This document shows, piece by piece, positions 43,357 through 59,628 of a stretch of DNA of 64,000 nucleotides. Under the pieces are notes generated by a model. The model saw only the letters and a program-made list of their open reading frames with translations. It searched no databases and was not told the origin of the DNA. Source of the stretch: Eledone cirrhosa (taxonomy: Eukaryota); NCBI GenBank assembly GCA_964016885.1, contig OZ024743.1, forward strand, positions 69,254,001 through 69,318,000, read 5' to 3'. A program made the translations under genes and the position numbers. Numbering within the stretch: the stretch's first letter is position 1; every line of letters starts with the position of its first letter.

Positions 43357-46300
43357 ATATATAGTAAGTACAGTGAATTGTTTGGAATTTATTTTTTATA
43401 TTTTTTAAGATATTTTCTGTGTTTACACTCCCTTGATTTTATATGTTCTGGCTTGTTAATTTATTAACTTGCCATTGAACCACACTGGCATACGGTCGGA
43501 CTATAATTGTGTCTCTATGTGTATTAATTACATGTAGGAACACATACTTTTATTATATATATATATATATATATATTTGCGTATGTGTGTGTGTGTGTGT
43601 GCGCGCGCGTGGGTATGTGTGTGTGTTTTCTGATTCAATCCCATTGACCATTGTTTAACACGTTTGCTCTCCGAACCAACGCAACGTATGTACCTTGTAT
43701 GGCACCGTTATAGTGACTGGCCTTAATAATGATATATATATATAAATGCGCAGGCACACGTGTGTATTTGTGTGTGTGTGTGCGTGTGTGTATGTGTGTG
43801 TGGATGTGTGTTTGTGTGTGAGTGTGTGTTTATATATATGTGTATGTGTGTGTCTGCGTGAGTGCACCTGTGTATACGATTCTTAACTAAGAGGTTCGAA
43901 AAATCATGTCATGGGGTCGGTATCATCGACTTGATCTCTCTAAGGTGGTACCCCAGCATGCTGGCAATCTAATAACTAACATCAATGTGATGTAGTGGTT
44001 CAAAAATTGGTGTCGGGTTCGTAAAATGTGGTGGATTTTAGCACATAGTATGAAGTTTGTGATGAAGTTGACGATGATGTTGGTTGATGTGTAGTACAGA
44101 GGTGAGATGGATGACCGGGTAGGAAGGTAATATGGAGGATTGATGGAAAGAGGTGTCTGATAAGAAAATAAAATGAAAATATTGACTAAATAAACGAAAC
44201 TCTGAAGTATTTAGAAGGTTGTAATTTCATTAAAACGTGTGTTAATGGATTTTCTCTCGCAGCTTCAGGTCGTCAGGTGAAGTTAAAATATTCGTTGCTG
44301 TTTAAAGTGGCAGAATCACTCCGCCTAACAACGCAGCAAGCATCCACTAATCATGGCTAGCTTAACCACCAGTACCATTAGCACTAACACTACCAACAAA
44401 ACAAACTCTATAGCTATTACGGCTGTAGCTATCATCACCGTCGCCACCACAATTTCTGATTACCGCCATCATCACAGCGACATCATTGTCCCCACCCACA
44501 TTAAAAGCAATATGACCTGGGAAACTACTAGTACCAACACCACCACAAACACTGCCACTACCACCACTACCACCAACTGTACCATAACCATCACAATCCC
44601 AGTACACTACACGACACTACGGCACACTACGGCACACTATGACACACTACCATTACAACCACCACCACCATTAACAAAAATGGCGGCCACCATATTCACT
44701 CCAAGGAATATCTACAACTACCCCCGCCTCTCCATCATTACTGTAACCACCATTAGCAGTAGCAGCAGCACCAGCAACAGTATCACCTCACACACCACCA
44801 CCACTAACATTACCAACAACACTAACATTACCAACAACACATACTAATAACCACGCAATTTTCATCACCAACATCCTTTTCTCTATAACTATATATATTA
44901 CCATGAGTTAATAAGTGGACCTATATGTGGTCTTATAAACTGTTAGAAATAGCAGACTAAACTGTCTCAAATCAGACGCAGTAATCCTTCAAAATGACAC
45001 ATTGGATGGTCTTGTCACGGCTGGGATAACTTTCATCAAATGTTTGCTCAAACAGGTTTGATCTGGAGTTGATAAACATCCTTACAGTTGAAACCACCAC
45101 CAAAACCACAAACAGAACCATTCCCACCTCTACAACATCTCGCCCAAACCATCATTACTTTTGCAACAACTAATACTACAAACACCACAACTATAACTAA
45201 TATCATCACTACCATTACCATCATCCATGGTGACACTACAAATAACACCAGGACCACTTGCAGCAACGCCAGTCACGAAACCGCAGGAACACCACTAACA
45301 TCACTTTCCCCATCACAACCAGCTCTGTCATAACCACCATCGTCATTGCCTCCATCAACATCCCTCTCACAACTATCTCACCATAACATCACCATTAACA
45401 ATACCACTACTATGAACAATACCGACATCACCACCACGACCACTACTATCACCACCACCATCTCCATCAACACCAACCGACATCACCATATTCACCCCTG
45501 CCATCACCGCCACCATCTCCATCAAAACCAACAGTACCATGAGCACCACCAAGAACAATAATCAACTCCGCCACTACTATGAACACTACCCCCAGCAAAA
45601 CCAATATCACCACCATCCCTACCATCAACATCACAACTGCTATCCCCACTTCTAGCAGAACAAGAAACACGACAATAAGATCTCCGCTGCCACTAAACTT
45701 AATATAATCGCTCAACACTTCCAACTTACTATAAGAAGACGAAGCGGGAGCTAACATGTCATCGATCGACCTGCTTCAAATGCCAGCCAAATCCCCGTCA
45801 GATCACACCTGACTGTCTTAAAACATGAAAGACATTTCGTAATGTGTCTGCACAAAATTTGGTATGGTTATGGTTGGGCGGTCTTTGATCAATAGTCTGC
45901 TGCCTCAGGGATGACCTGGTGCTACGCAAATAGAACATTCTTCAGGACTAACACTAACACCACCACCTGCTTAAACAAATAACACCACCACCGTTAGCAT
46001 CGACGTAACCACTACCAAGACAAACTAAAAATACCACCATCACCACCACGACCATTAGTACCGACGTAACCACTACCAAGACAAACTAAAAAGACCACCA
46101 TGACCATCACAACCACCACCACCACCACCATTAGTACCGACGTAACCACTTCCAAGACAAACTAAAAAATACCACCATCACCACCACTACCACAATCACA
46201 AATTAATAACATCACCACCGTTACCACCAATATAGCAACACCAATACCTGCACCAGAACAGAGGAATAAGAGTATCACCGTTGCAAGCACCTCCCACACT

Positions 46301-46522
46301 TCCAAGACAAACAGCCCACCATCATCATGACAAACAACATGCCCTGTCACTCCAACACCACCAGCAGCAGCATATGAAATCAATCCACTCCCTCTAGCAC
46401 AAAACAGTTAAGAATACCACCACCATTAACAATATAATAAACACGACCACAATATCTCGTCTTCAAATCTCACCAACACCACTATTTCGAACACCATTAA
46501 TAGCAAATCTAAACCATCTTCA

Positions 46523-49500
46523 AACCACTACCAACACCACCATTATCACCACTACCACTACCAACACCACCATTACCAGCACTACCACTACCAATACCAC
46601 CATTATCAGCACTACCACTACCAACACCACCATTACCAGCAATACCACTACCAACACCACCATTATCACCACTACCACTACCAACACCACCATTATCACC
46701 ACTACCACTACCAACACCACCATTATCAACACTACCACTACCAACACCACCATTATCACCACTACCACTACCAACACCACCATTATCACCACTACCACTA
46801 CCAACACCACCATTATCACCACTACCACTACCAACACCACCATTATCACCACTACCACTACCAACACCACCATTATCACCACTACCACTACCAACACCAC
46901 CATTATCACCACTACCACTACCAACACCACCATTATCACCACTACCACTACCAACACCACCATTGTCACCACTACCACTACCAACACCACCATTATCACC
47001 ACTACCACTACCAACAGCACCATTATCACCACTACCACTACCAACACCACCATTATCACCACTACCACTACCAATACCACCATTATCACCACTACCACTA
47101 CCAACACCACCATTATCACCACTACCACTACCAACACCACCATTATCACCACTACCACTACCAACATCACCATTATCACCACTACCACTACCAACACCAC
47201 CATTATCACCACTACCACTACCAACACCACCATTATCACCACTACCACTACCAATACCACCATTATCACCACTACCACTACCAACACCACCATTATCACC
47301 ACTACCACTACCAACAGCACCATTATCACCACTACCACTACCAACACCACCATTATCACCACTACCACTACCAATACCACCATTATCACCACTACCACTA
47401 CCAACACCACCATTATCACCACTACCACTACCAACACCACCATTATCACCACTACCACTACCAACATCACCATTATCACCACTACCACTACCAACACCAC
47501 CATTATCACCACTACCACTACCAACACCACCATTATCACCACTACCACTACCAATACCACCATTATCACCACTACCACTACCAACACCACCATTATCACC
47601 ACTACCACTACCAACACCACCATTATCACCACTACCACTACCAACACCACCATTATCACCACTACCACTACCAACACCACCATTATCACCACTACCACTA
47701 CCAACACCACCATTATCACCACTACCACTACCAACACCACCATTATCACCACTACCACTACCAACACCACCATTACCAGCAATACCACTACCAACACCAC
47801 CATTATCACCACTACCACTACCAACATCACCATTATCACCACTACCACTACCAACACCACCATTATCACCACTACCACTACCAACACCACCATTATCAAC
47901 ACTACCACTACCAATACCACCATTACCAGCACTACCACTACCAACACCACCATTATCAACACTACCACTACCAACACCACCATTATCACCACTACCACTA
48001 CCAACACCACCATTATCACCACTACCACTACCAACACCACCATTATCACCACTACCAACACCACCATTACCAGCACTACCCCTACCAACACCACCATTAT
48101 CACCACTACCACTACCAACACCACCATTGTCACCACTACCACTACCAACAGCACCATTATCACCACTACCACTACCAACACCACCATTATCACCACTACC
48201 ACTACCAACACCACCATTATCACCACTACCACTACCAACACCACCATTACCAGCAATATCACTACCAACACCACCATTATCACCACTACCACTACCAACA
48301 CCACCATTACCAGCACTACCACTACCAACACCACCATTATCACCACTACCACTACCAACACCACCATTACCAGCACTACCACTACCAACACCACCATTAT
48401 CACCACTACCACTACCAACACCACCATTACCAGCAATACCACTACCAACACCACCATTATCACCACTACCACTACCAACACCACCATTATCACCACTACC
48501 AACAGAACCATTATCACCACTACCACTACCAACACCACCATTATCACCACTACCACTACCAACACCACCATTATCACCACTACCAACACCACCATTACCA
48601 GCACTACCTCTACCAACACCACCATTATCAGCACTACCACTACCAACACCACCATTATCAACACTACCACTACCAACACCACCATTATCACCACCATTAT
48701 CACCACTACTACTACCAACACCACCATTATCAACACTACCACTACCAACACCACCATTATCACCACCATTATCACCACTACTACTACCAACACCACCATT
48801 ATCAGCACTACCACTACCAACACCACCATTATCAACACTACCACTACCAACACCACCATTATCACCACCATTATCACCACTACCACTACCAACACCACCA
48901 TTATCAACACTACCACTACCAACACCACCATTATCACCACTACCACTACCAACACCACCATTACCAGCAATACCACTACCAACACCACCATTATCACCAC
49001 TACCACTACCAACACCACCATTACCAGCACTACCACTACCAACACCACCATTATCACCACTACCACTACCAACAGCACCATTATCACCACTACCAACACC
49101 ACCATTATCACCACTACCACTACCAACACCACCATTACCAGCAATACCACTACCAACACCACCATTATCACCACTACCACTACCAACACCACCATTATCA
49201 CCACTACCAACAGAACCATTATCACCACTACCACTACCAACACCACCATTATCACCACTACCACTACCAACACCACCATTATCACCACTACCAACACCAC
49301 CATTACCAGCACTACCCCTACCAACACCACCATTATCAGCACTACCACTACCAACACCACCATTATCAACACTACCACTACCAACACCACCATTATCACC
49401 ACCATTATCACCACTACTACTACCAACACCACCATTATCAACACTACCACTACCAACACCACCATTATCACCACCATTATCACCACTACCACTACCAACA

Positions 49501-50848
49501 CCACCATTATCACCACTACCACTACCAACACCACCATTATCACCACCATTATCACCACTACCACTACCAACACCACCATTATCACCACTACCACTACCAA
49601 CACCACCATTATCACCACTACCACTACCAACACCACCATTATCACCACTACCACTACCAACACCACCATTATCACCACTACCACTACCAACACCACCATT
49701 ATCACCACTACCACTACCAACACCACCATTATCACCACTACCACTACCAACACCACCATTATCACCACTACCACTACCAACACCACCATTATCACCACTA
49801 CCACTACCAACACCACCATTATCACCACTACCACTACCAACACCACCATTATCACCACTACCACTACCAACAGAACCATTATCACCACTACCACTACCAA
49901 CAGAACCATTATCACCACTACCACTACCAACACCACCATTATCACCACTACCACTACCAACACCACCATTATCAACACTACCAACACCACCATTACCAGC
50001 ACTACCACTACCAACACCACCATTATCACCACCATTATCACCACTACCACTACCAACACCACCATTATCACCACTACCACTCCCAATACCACCATTATCA
50101 GCACTACCACTACCAACACCACCATTATCACCACTACCACTACCAACACCACCATTATCACCACTACCACTACCAACACCACCATTATCACCACTACCAC
50201 TACCAACACCACCATTATCACCACTACCACTACCAACACCACCATTATCACCACTACCACTACCAACACCACCATTATCACCACTACCACTACCAACACC
50301 ACCATTATCACCACTACCAACACCACCATTACCAGCACTACCCCTACCAACACCACCATTATCACCACTACCACTACCAACACCACCATTATCACCACTA
50401 CCACTACCAACACCACCATTACCAGCACTACCACTACCAACACCACCATTATCAGCACTACCACTACCAACACCACCATTATCACCACTACCACTACCAA
50501 CACCACCATTACCAGCACTACCACTACCAATACCACCATTATCAGCACTACCACTACCAACACCACCATTATCATCACTACCACTACCAACACCACCATT
50601 ATCAACACTACCACTACCAACACCACCATTATCAGCACTACCACTACCAACACCACCATTATCAACACTACCACTACCAACACCACCATTATCACCACCA
50701 TTATCAACACTACCACTACCAACACCACCATTATCACCACTACCACTACCAACACCACCATTATCAACACTACCACTACCAACACCACCATTATCAACAC
50801 TACCAACACCACCATTACCAGCACTATCACTACCAACACCACCACTAC
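46523..50848. repeat. ~4.3-kb 30-bp minisatellite CCAACACCACCATTATCACCACTACCACTA
   Basis: Two units fill each 60-nt line. Variant units with 6-bp deletions and 12-bp insertions occur in the second half. Confidence 0.95.
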
Positions 50849-52122
50849 TTCACAAATAACATCCCATCACAAACGATACCACGACCCCCTAACTCTTATG
50901 ACGACCCACAAAATCCCCCTCCATAGTATCATTGCCAAATATCACAACCTCAACCACACCCACATCCCCATCAGCATCCCTAAAACAATCACCATGAAAA
51001 ACACCACCACCACCACCACCAGCACCACCATCACCACCATCACCACCATCATCACCACCACCAGCACCACCACCCACACGACGATAAAGCCCCCCCCCCT
51101 CCCTAAACTAACGCTATTTCTTACCCATCACGCCCCACAAAACGTAATTCACACCATTTTCACCACTGCCACACCTAGCACCACCAAAAAACCACCACCA
51201 CCACCATCACCACCACCACCACCACCATCACCACTATCACCACCACCAGACCACCACCCCACCACAACCAACACGACGATGACCACCACCACCAGCGCAA
51301 CCACAACCACTTCCACCACCACCACCACCACCACCACCACCACCACTACTACCAACTTGAACCCCACACCATTACTACCCCATTAAACACTCTCACTCCA
51401 CCCCACACACTCTCACCCCATCCCCATACACTCTCACCCCACCACAACATACTCTCACCCCACCCCACACCCTTTCACCCCACCACCGCACACTATACAA
51501 CCCACCACACACTCCACCCCCACCTCTTCTACCCATCACCCCACCCCGACCTCAGCAACACTACCATAAATCTAAATAAAAGTCACATATTGCCAGAACT
51601 TAATTAGAAATCGATAATTGAGAAGTTAATTAACCTGATTGAAACTTTTTGAAAATCGAAACCTTCAATATTTAATTATTTATTATTGTTTTGTTTGTTT
51701 TAATGTTTATCGAAGTTATTTTTTATTTGTTTGTTGTCATTTTTGTTGTTGTTGTTATTATTGTTGTTGTTACTATTGCTACTGTTGTTATTATTGTTCT
51801 TGTTATTGCTGTAATTGTTGTTGTTGTAGTGGTTATTATTACTGTGCTTGTTAGTCGTCATGTTGTTGTTGATGTTATTATAATAATTGTTGTGTTTTTA
51901 TTATTAGTTGAGATTTGTAGGTTATTAACACTAACAGGAACGGCCTTAAACATAAAGAAATCATTATTGTATTTATTGGTGTCCTTGTTGTAGCTGTACC
52001 TTTCAGTTGTTTGTTTATATTGATCATAATGTGTTTATATTAAGTGTTTACAATGTTTTGTTGCTGGTAATTCTGTTTTGCCTCACAATGTTCATGTATA
52101 AGAAATGTCTACTGTATATTTA

Positions 52123-52179
<57 letters not shown>

Positions 52180-52183
<4 letters not shown>

Positions 52184-53520
52184 CACCTAGCGGACCGTTT
52201 CACGGAACACCTCAGGGATATTCGGCTCGGCGGTAGTCCCCCGATCACCCACCACTTTCGCTCCCATGGACATTCCGCCCACCGCCTCACAGTCTGTGGC
52301 CTACTCCAATGCCATGGAACACCCGCCACCCGCCTTAACTGTCGAACAACGCACCATCTTCACCCTCCAGACCCACACACACCCCGGCCTGAACTCCCCA
52401 CCGCTATTCCTTTAGCCTTCTGCCGCCCACCCTTCCTCCCACGCATTCCCCACTAACACCTCTAACACACTCCTCCTTTTCCCCCTCTTGACCCATCCCA
52501 CAACTAACAATACTAACATGTAATACTAACTCCCACAAACATCCCCCTTTACCACACACGCACACACACACCAGTACACTACACTCCCTCTCCGTCCCCA
52601 ACACTTCTTCTCTCCCTCTCCCTCTCTCTCTCCCTCTCCCCGCACCACCTACACCCCTTCACACACACATCCCACTAACACCTCTACTAATATACACCCC
52701 ATCGCCCTTCTTCACCACCTTCCCCCTCCACCCTTCACACCTACCGATCCTCTCCCCTGTCCACTGCAGCTCCGCACATACAGACACACACACAGTCCTC
52801 ACCACACTGACCTTACCCCACCTGTCATCCTGCTCTACTGCTATCGCTTCACCCTGCCTTGACCCTCTGTCGACCACCACCATCATTGGATTCTACACCA
52901 CCGGTCTTCGCTCCAACCATCCACTTCATAACATGAAAACTATCCAGCTCTCCTCGCATTCTCGACGGAACTACCTCAGGAACTTACCCACGAACTTACA
53001 CTCACATTATTTTTCGCACCACGCCACCTACCTCCACACCACATATAAAGACAAACACACACGTGCGTTCCCCCACATATACACACTCAAACTCCGGAAT
53101 CAACACGCCCCCTCGCCCACCCCTTACTCCACTCCTTCCACACGCACACAAACACCGACTTACACCTCCCCACGCGCACACCTTTTCCTGAATATGGAAC
53201 CTCGTTCTTCCCCCAACTCTCACATTCACCCTACACACACACATACACACACAGTACACCTACACACATACACACACACCACCTTCAGCATTCTCCACTC
53301 GACCCCCGCCTCCCTCTACCATCTCGACCCGCCCCCACCCTTACACGCCTCACATCCTTCCACCATTTGTTCATTTTATTGTTTATTCTTATGTTTATTT
53401 TTACGTTTATTTTTATTTTTATTTGTTCTCCTTCCCCCTTTTTTCTAAATGTATTTCCACCCCACTTCCACACACACTTGGAACTCTCTTCCTAACCTAT
53501 TTTCACCTGAAGAAGGGCTT
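52180..53520 (+). mobile_element. PLE 3' end: GIY-YIG C-terminus, C-rich 3' UTR and truncated HHR
   Basis: LADRFTEHLRDIR..PITHHFRSHGHS..LTVCGL, then a frameshift to EQRTIFTLQTHTPPGLNS (52180-52400). CUGAAGAAGGGC at 53507-53518 is cut off by family B. Confidence 0.8.
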
Positions 53521-54760
53521 CAAATCAAAGTTAGAAGAAAAAATGTACATAAACATACCAAAATCATTTTTCTACCCTTGGAGATTTCATTCGCTTTTTG
53601 GAAATATCCGATCATGGATAAATCAACGAGTTTCGAAATCATCAGGAGGTGGTAGAAACATGATTTGGTATGTTTATGTACATTTGTTCTCCTGACTTTG
53701 ATTGTATACCTAATTGTGTATGGTTAGCTATATGTCTAGTCAATTTCTCCGGGCTATTAGAAATACTAGGTAAATCCTCTGTGGCTGTGGATCGCGGATA
53801 CAATAGCTATCATTTATTTATCTATTGTTTCTTCATAGGTACATTTTAAACTTATAGCCATGTTTAATTGATTTTTGATGTGGTTGATTATGCTGTTTGG
53901 GAGAAGAAATACTGTATATCTTTTATCAAATGATTCTATGGACTTTCTTTCTTACATATTGCTCTGATTGTTGATTATTTAATTAGTTAATTCGTCATTG
54001 AGCCACACCGTGATGGTTGCCAAAAACATATATATATATATGGCTCTGTCTAGTTTATGTATATGTAAACCTCTATATGTTATATACTCCCGTAAGGTTG
54101 AGTAACACTTTAGGCAGTATTCGGCTGCGCTTCCTAGCAACCAGCCTACTCGCCGTCAGGCACCAATCACACGCTTTCTGACTTGACCACTGGCCATGTG
54201 ACAATTCTTAGCCATTTTGAATTCGTTTCTGGCTGGGATCATTTAAGAAAAATCTTTGTCCAATTGAGTTTGTTTCCTAATGATTTCAAAACTCGTTGAT
54301 TCATCCATGATCGGATATTTCCAAAAAGCGAATGAAATCTCCGGGGGTAGAAAAATGATTTTGGGATGTTTATGTACATTTTTTCTTCCAACTTTGAATT
54401 TGTACCTAATTGTGTATGGTTAACTATATATCTAGTGAAATTCAAAGGGCTATTAGAAATACTAGGTAAATCTTCTGTGGCTGTGGATCGCGGATAAAAT
54501 AGCTATCATTTATGTATCTATTGTTTCTTCATAGGTACATTTTAAACTTATAGCCTCGTTTAATTGAGTTTTTATGTGGTTGATTATGCTGATTGGGAGA
54601 AGAAATTCTGTATATATTTTATCAAATGATTCTATGGACTTACTTTCTTTTATATTGCTCTGATCGTTGATTATTTAATTAATTAATTCGTCATTGAGCC
54701 ACACCGTCAATGGTTGGTAAATATATATGGCTCTTCCTAGTTGATGTATATGTAAACCTC

Positions 54761-54765
<5 letters not shown>
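53521..54765. mobile_element. Family B: inverted 5' piece plus ~1.6 direct units of ~696 bp
   Basis: 53521-53647 mirrors 54275-54402. TACCTAATTGTGTATGGTT occurs at 53707 and 54403. Confidence 0.85.
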
Positions 54766-54841
<76 letters not shown>

Positions 54842-54963
54842 CACAAACATACACATATACACATACATACATATAAATATATACATACACATACATACAG
54901 ACACACACATATATATACATATATACATATATACATACATATATATCTATACATATACATATA

Positions 54964-55042
<79 letters not shown>

Positions 55043-55144
55043 TATATATATATATATATACATACACACACATATACATATAAATATATAAATATATACA
55101 CCCTTACACATACATACACATACACAGATATGTATATATTTATA

Positions 55145-55318
<174 letters not shown>

Positions 55319-55652
55319 CACACAAACATACACATACATACACATATACGCATATACATGTAAACGGACGTACACACATACGGCCACTCAAACAAATACG
55401 TACATACATACACTCATAAAAATACACATATACACAGACACACATATACAGTATAGAGATGAAGTACCCTCTACATGCGGAAAGAGCAGATAGGTAAGAA
55501 GTACTTACATGACCATAGTGCCGTGAATTAGCTTAATATGAACTCCCTTTTCTTTAAATCTTTCAACCAATGACCTACACCCAACCCAATCCCCACCCAC
55601 TCCTACCACCAGAAAAGAAAAGATATAAATACCACCATTTACTCGGACAGCC

Positions 55653-55703
55653 AGCTTCCTGATGATTTCTCAGGAATTAAACAGTTCTAGTGCTGTAGAA
55701 GCT
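55653..55703 (+). ncRNA. Type I hammerhead with G12U core change, followed by an inverted repeat (55678-55780 / 55798-55899)
   Basis: AGCUUC CUGAUGA uUUC ucag GAAu uAAAC AG uucuagug CU GUA^GAAGCU. Confidence 0.68.
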
Positions 55704-55915
55704 CTTCTATATTAAAACTTTTATACTCTTCTATGTATTGAGTACCTTACTTACTGTGGTTACCTCCGATTCAACCCGGAATAACTATATAAGTTTACCA
55801 CGGTTTCAATCGGGGGTAACCAAATTAGTAAGGTACGCAATACAGAGCAGAGTATAAATATTTAATATAGAAAAGTTTCTACATGACTAGAACAGTTTAT
55901 ATATATATATATATA

Positions 55916-56039
<124 letters not shown>

Positions 56040-56634
56040 TGATGATGCACAGTTATGCGAGATTTACCTGCAAATGTCAGTATTTTTATAATATATTTAT
56101 GAACAAACTAAAGACAACTCAATATCTTAAGTGGAGTAAATAAGTATATTAATATATTACTCAGGAAATTATACGTTATGTAACTTAGAGTTTCATAAGC
56201 AAAATCAATCAAATTCCATGTATGGTTGACTATAAAGGTGGGAGAACCCTGAGGTAGGCAGGTGATACAAAGATATACAAAGGTAATCAGATAACAATCT
56301 CTTGTATGTCGGGTTCCTTAAAACACCCTTCTATATCACATATGTCTATATTTCTTCAACTTTCTATTATGGCTATGAAAAGAAATTTTGTACTTATGCT
56401 GATATTTACATATAAACTCGGTCTCTTCAAAATATATATTGTTTAACGTCCATATTAAAATTCTTACCACGTTGCAAAAGGCTTCAGAAGATTCAATTTT
56501 CAATAATGGATTTGTTGCTGTAGGCTGAGTTGGACCGTTAAACGTTATGATTCTGCATTATAAATAAATAAATACATATACACACACACACAGAGACACA
56601 AATGTATATATATATATCTTATGTATAGATACGT

Positions 56635-56749
<115 letters not shown>

Positions 56750-56801
56750 CTGTATATTACATATAGATAAGTAACATATATATATATTGATATACATATA
56801 T

Positions 56802-56872
<71 letters not shown>

Positions 56873-56887
56873 ACATATCTAAACGTA

Positions 56888-56920
<33 letters not shown>

Positions 56921-57249
56921 TGTGTGCATGTATTGATGTATGTATTTACGTATGTATGAAAGTACCTATGTATGTATTCTATTATTTAAAAGAGAGGGAG
57001 AAATAGTAAAGCAAGATAAATCGAGATATAGGAAGAATGTACAGGGGGAGGAAAAGAAATGGGGTAAGTGTTGAATGAAAGAGAGAAGTGTTAACGCAGA
57101 GAGAAGTGTAAGATATTTTTTATAGAGCGAGTGATTTACATGGAAAATGAACATAGGAAAACAAATGAATAGACAACAGTGAATTATGTCCTAGAAAGAC
57201 TCAGAAAAAATACTATATCTATATATATATATATATAAAATACTATATA

Positions 57250-57365
<116 letters not shown>

Positions 57366-57489
57366 GAGAGAGATAGAGAGACAGAGACAGAGACAGAGAG
57401 TAAGGAACAGAAAGAAGTAAGAAAGTTAGTATTAAAGTAAAAAATAATTTGTTAGAATAGTAGTAAAACCTACGGAATTTTAAAGAATA

Positions 57490-57587
<98 letters not shown>

Positions 57588-57834
57588 GAGAGCGTTAGAA
57601 TGAGAGTGAGAGACAGATTGATTGAGAATGAGAGTGAGAGAGAGAGAGGGAGAGGGAGAGAGAGGGAGATAGGGAGAGATGGGGGATAAAGAGAGACAAA
57701 GAGAGAGAAAAAAGATTTAATGGCTAAAGTTTCAGAGAGGAAGTAGAAGGAAGACGTAGAAATGTTTCGTGACATGAAAAGTGACTGAAAACAACGTGTT
57801 CAAAAAAAATAATATATATGTGTGTATTATGCAT

Positions 57835-57893
<59 letters not shown>

Positions 57894-58187
57894 GTGCGTA
57901 TGTTGATGTGTATATATGTATATATAACCGACTGCATATACACAGCGCAAAATGTAAAGCAATTTTGTTAAAAGCCATCAAATATGGTGTTTGTTGATAT
58001 TTTAAAATGAGATTAAGTTGGCTCCTCAGATTTGCAGTTTTGGATTTGACGTTTATCATTAATTGAAGTATCACTGCTGTTTGTGATACATACATGTATG
58101 TATCAAAGTATATGTATGTGTATGTATGTTTATATGTATGTATACATATATACACATCTATATTTATATCCATTTATCTATGCATAT

Positions 58188-58270
<83 letters not shown>

Positions 58271-58567
58271 CAAACACATATTATCTATAGATACATGTTA
58301 ACGAGGCTAAATAGTATTTCTTGTTACATAGGAGTTTCACCTGCTTCTCACAGGGTCATCAGTTATATATACTATCGAGAATAAATCAAACATTATCCGC
58401 ACTTTCAACAGAAAATATATTAAGGTTGGTCAAACTGTGTCCTGCTCAAGCATATTTCTATTTCTTACAGTTGTCATCACATGATCGATGTTTGCGCTTG
58501 ATCACGCCAGTTTTCGTGCTGCTGTTAGAGTGTAAAGATGGCTACTCTGCTAGCAGTGAGCATCACC

Positions 58568-59178
58568 ATATTTCCAATCCATTCTCTCTATTTTGGTTTC
58601 TGGGTCATAGCGAGGGACCCACGTTTCATCTCCTGTGACTATTCTGCTCAAACATTCTTCGCTTACGTTTTTGTAGCGGTCAAGTAAACGTTGACAGACC
58701 TAAATACATTTCTGCTTGTACTCTGCGGCAAGGTCTTTGGAGACCATCTGGCACATAGTATTTGGAAGCCAAGTTCAGCGTGGATGATTTGATAGTCAGA
58801 ACCATAACTAATCTCCAGAGAACATGCAACGTTATCAATGACAAACTCGCTGGTTTGCCATCACCATCTCTCGAGCTTGCTGAATCTTCTCGTCAATGTT
58901 GGAGATTAAGGGCCGTCCTGCTTTTCTTCGTTCGTCACACTTGTCCGGCCACTTTTAAACTTCTTGATCCACTCATACACACGTCTACGTGGTAGTGCAA
59001 TGTCGTCGTATTGTGTCAAAACCCTCCAAAGAATTTCAACCCCTGACATATCTTCTGCTCAGCGAAATCAGATTATTGCTCTTTGATCCTCCTTGGTGCA
59101 CATTGCTAGTGGATCGGTTATGTTTGCATTGCAACAGCAGCAATGAAGCTGTTGTGATCCTGCTCAAACCTCGATCAC
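58568..59178 (-). pseudogene. Mariner (Tc1/mariner) transposase relic, N-terminal half
   Basis: Minus-strand frames give CTKEDQRAII, VYEWIKKFKSGRTSV, GRP, LEISYGS..IIHAELGFQILCARWSP and LSRIVTGDETWVPRYDPETK..WKY. Confidence 0.9.
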
Positions 59179-59378
59179 NNNNNNNNNNNNNNNNNNNNNN
59201 NNNNNNNNNNNNNNNNNNNNNNNNNNNNNNNNNNNNNNNNNNNNNNNNNNNNNNNNNNNNNNNNNNNNNNNNNNNNNNNNNNNNNNNNNNNNNNNNNNNN
59301 NNNNNNNNNNNNNNNNNNNNNNNNNNNNNNNNNNNNNNNNNNNNNNNNNNNNNNNNNNNNNNNNNNNNNNNNNNNNNN
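59179..59378. other. Assembly gap (200 N)
   Basis: Run of exactly 200 N. Confidence 0.99.
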
Positions 59379-59410
59379 GAGGTGTTGGTATACAACCAAC
59401 ATAAACTCAA

Positions 59411-59457
<47 letters not shown>

Positions 59458-59541
59458 TTATATATATATATAATCAAGGTTTAGAAAATTAGAAAAAGTT
59501 TCAAAATAAATTTTTAAAAATTCACTGTACTCACTATGGTT

Positions 59542-59628
59542 ACCTTTACCGAATCGGTTTCGAGTCTCAAAAATAAATGGACAGTCCTTGCGGCCTTCCA
59601 TTGAAAAGATAAACTCTCGTCAGAAGGT
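59542..59628 (-). ncRNA. Canonical type I hammerhead (family D, copy at 59473-59918)
   Basis: ACCUU CUGACGA GAGUUU..AAUGGA ag gCC gcaa GGa cug UCCAUU..AGACUC GAAAC CG auu CG GUA^AAGGU. All core positions and the G10.1-C11.1 pair are intact. Confidence 0.88.

Noticed and set aside
43880-45935. Degraded remnants of other SINE-like repeats (~43910-43985, 44920-45060, 45760-45930)
   Set aside because: Recognised only from memory and weak mutual similarity; the boundaries cannot be supported.
46520-50859. 1441-aa and 1298-aa ORFs (Val-rich / Pro-rich extensin-like)
   Set aside because: These are readings of a 30-bp minisatellite that is open in several frames on both strands, with no unique domain, signal peptide or splice context.
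53625-53650. Minus-strand CUGAUGAUUUCGAAACUCGUU minizyme-like string in family B
   Set aside because: No stem II or stem I, and the second copy (54277) reads CUAAUGA..AAAAC.
58300-58330. ACGAGG as the mariner terminal inverted repeat
   Set aside because: The partner end is lost in the gap, and the intervening 58325-58565 looks like an unrelated relic with a degenerate HHR.
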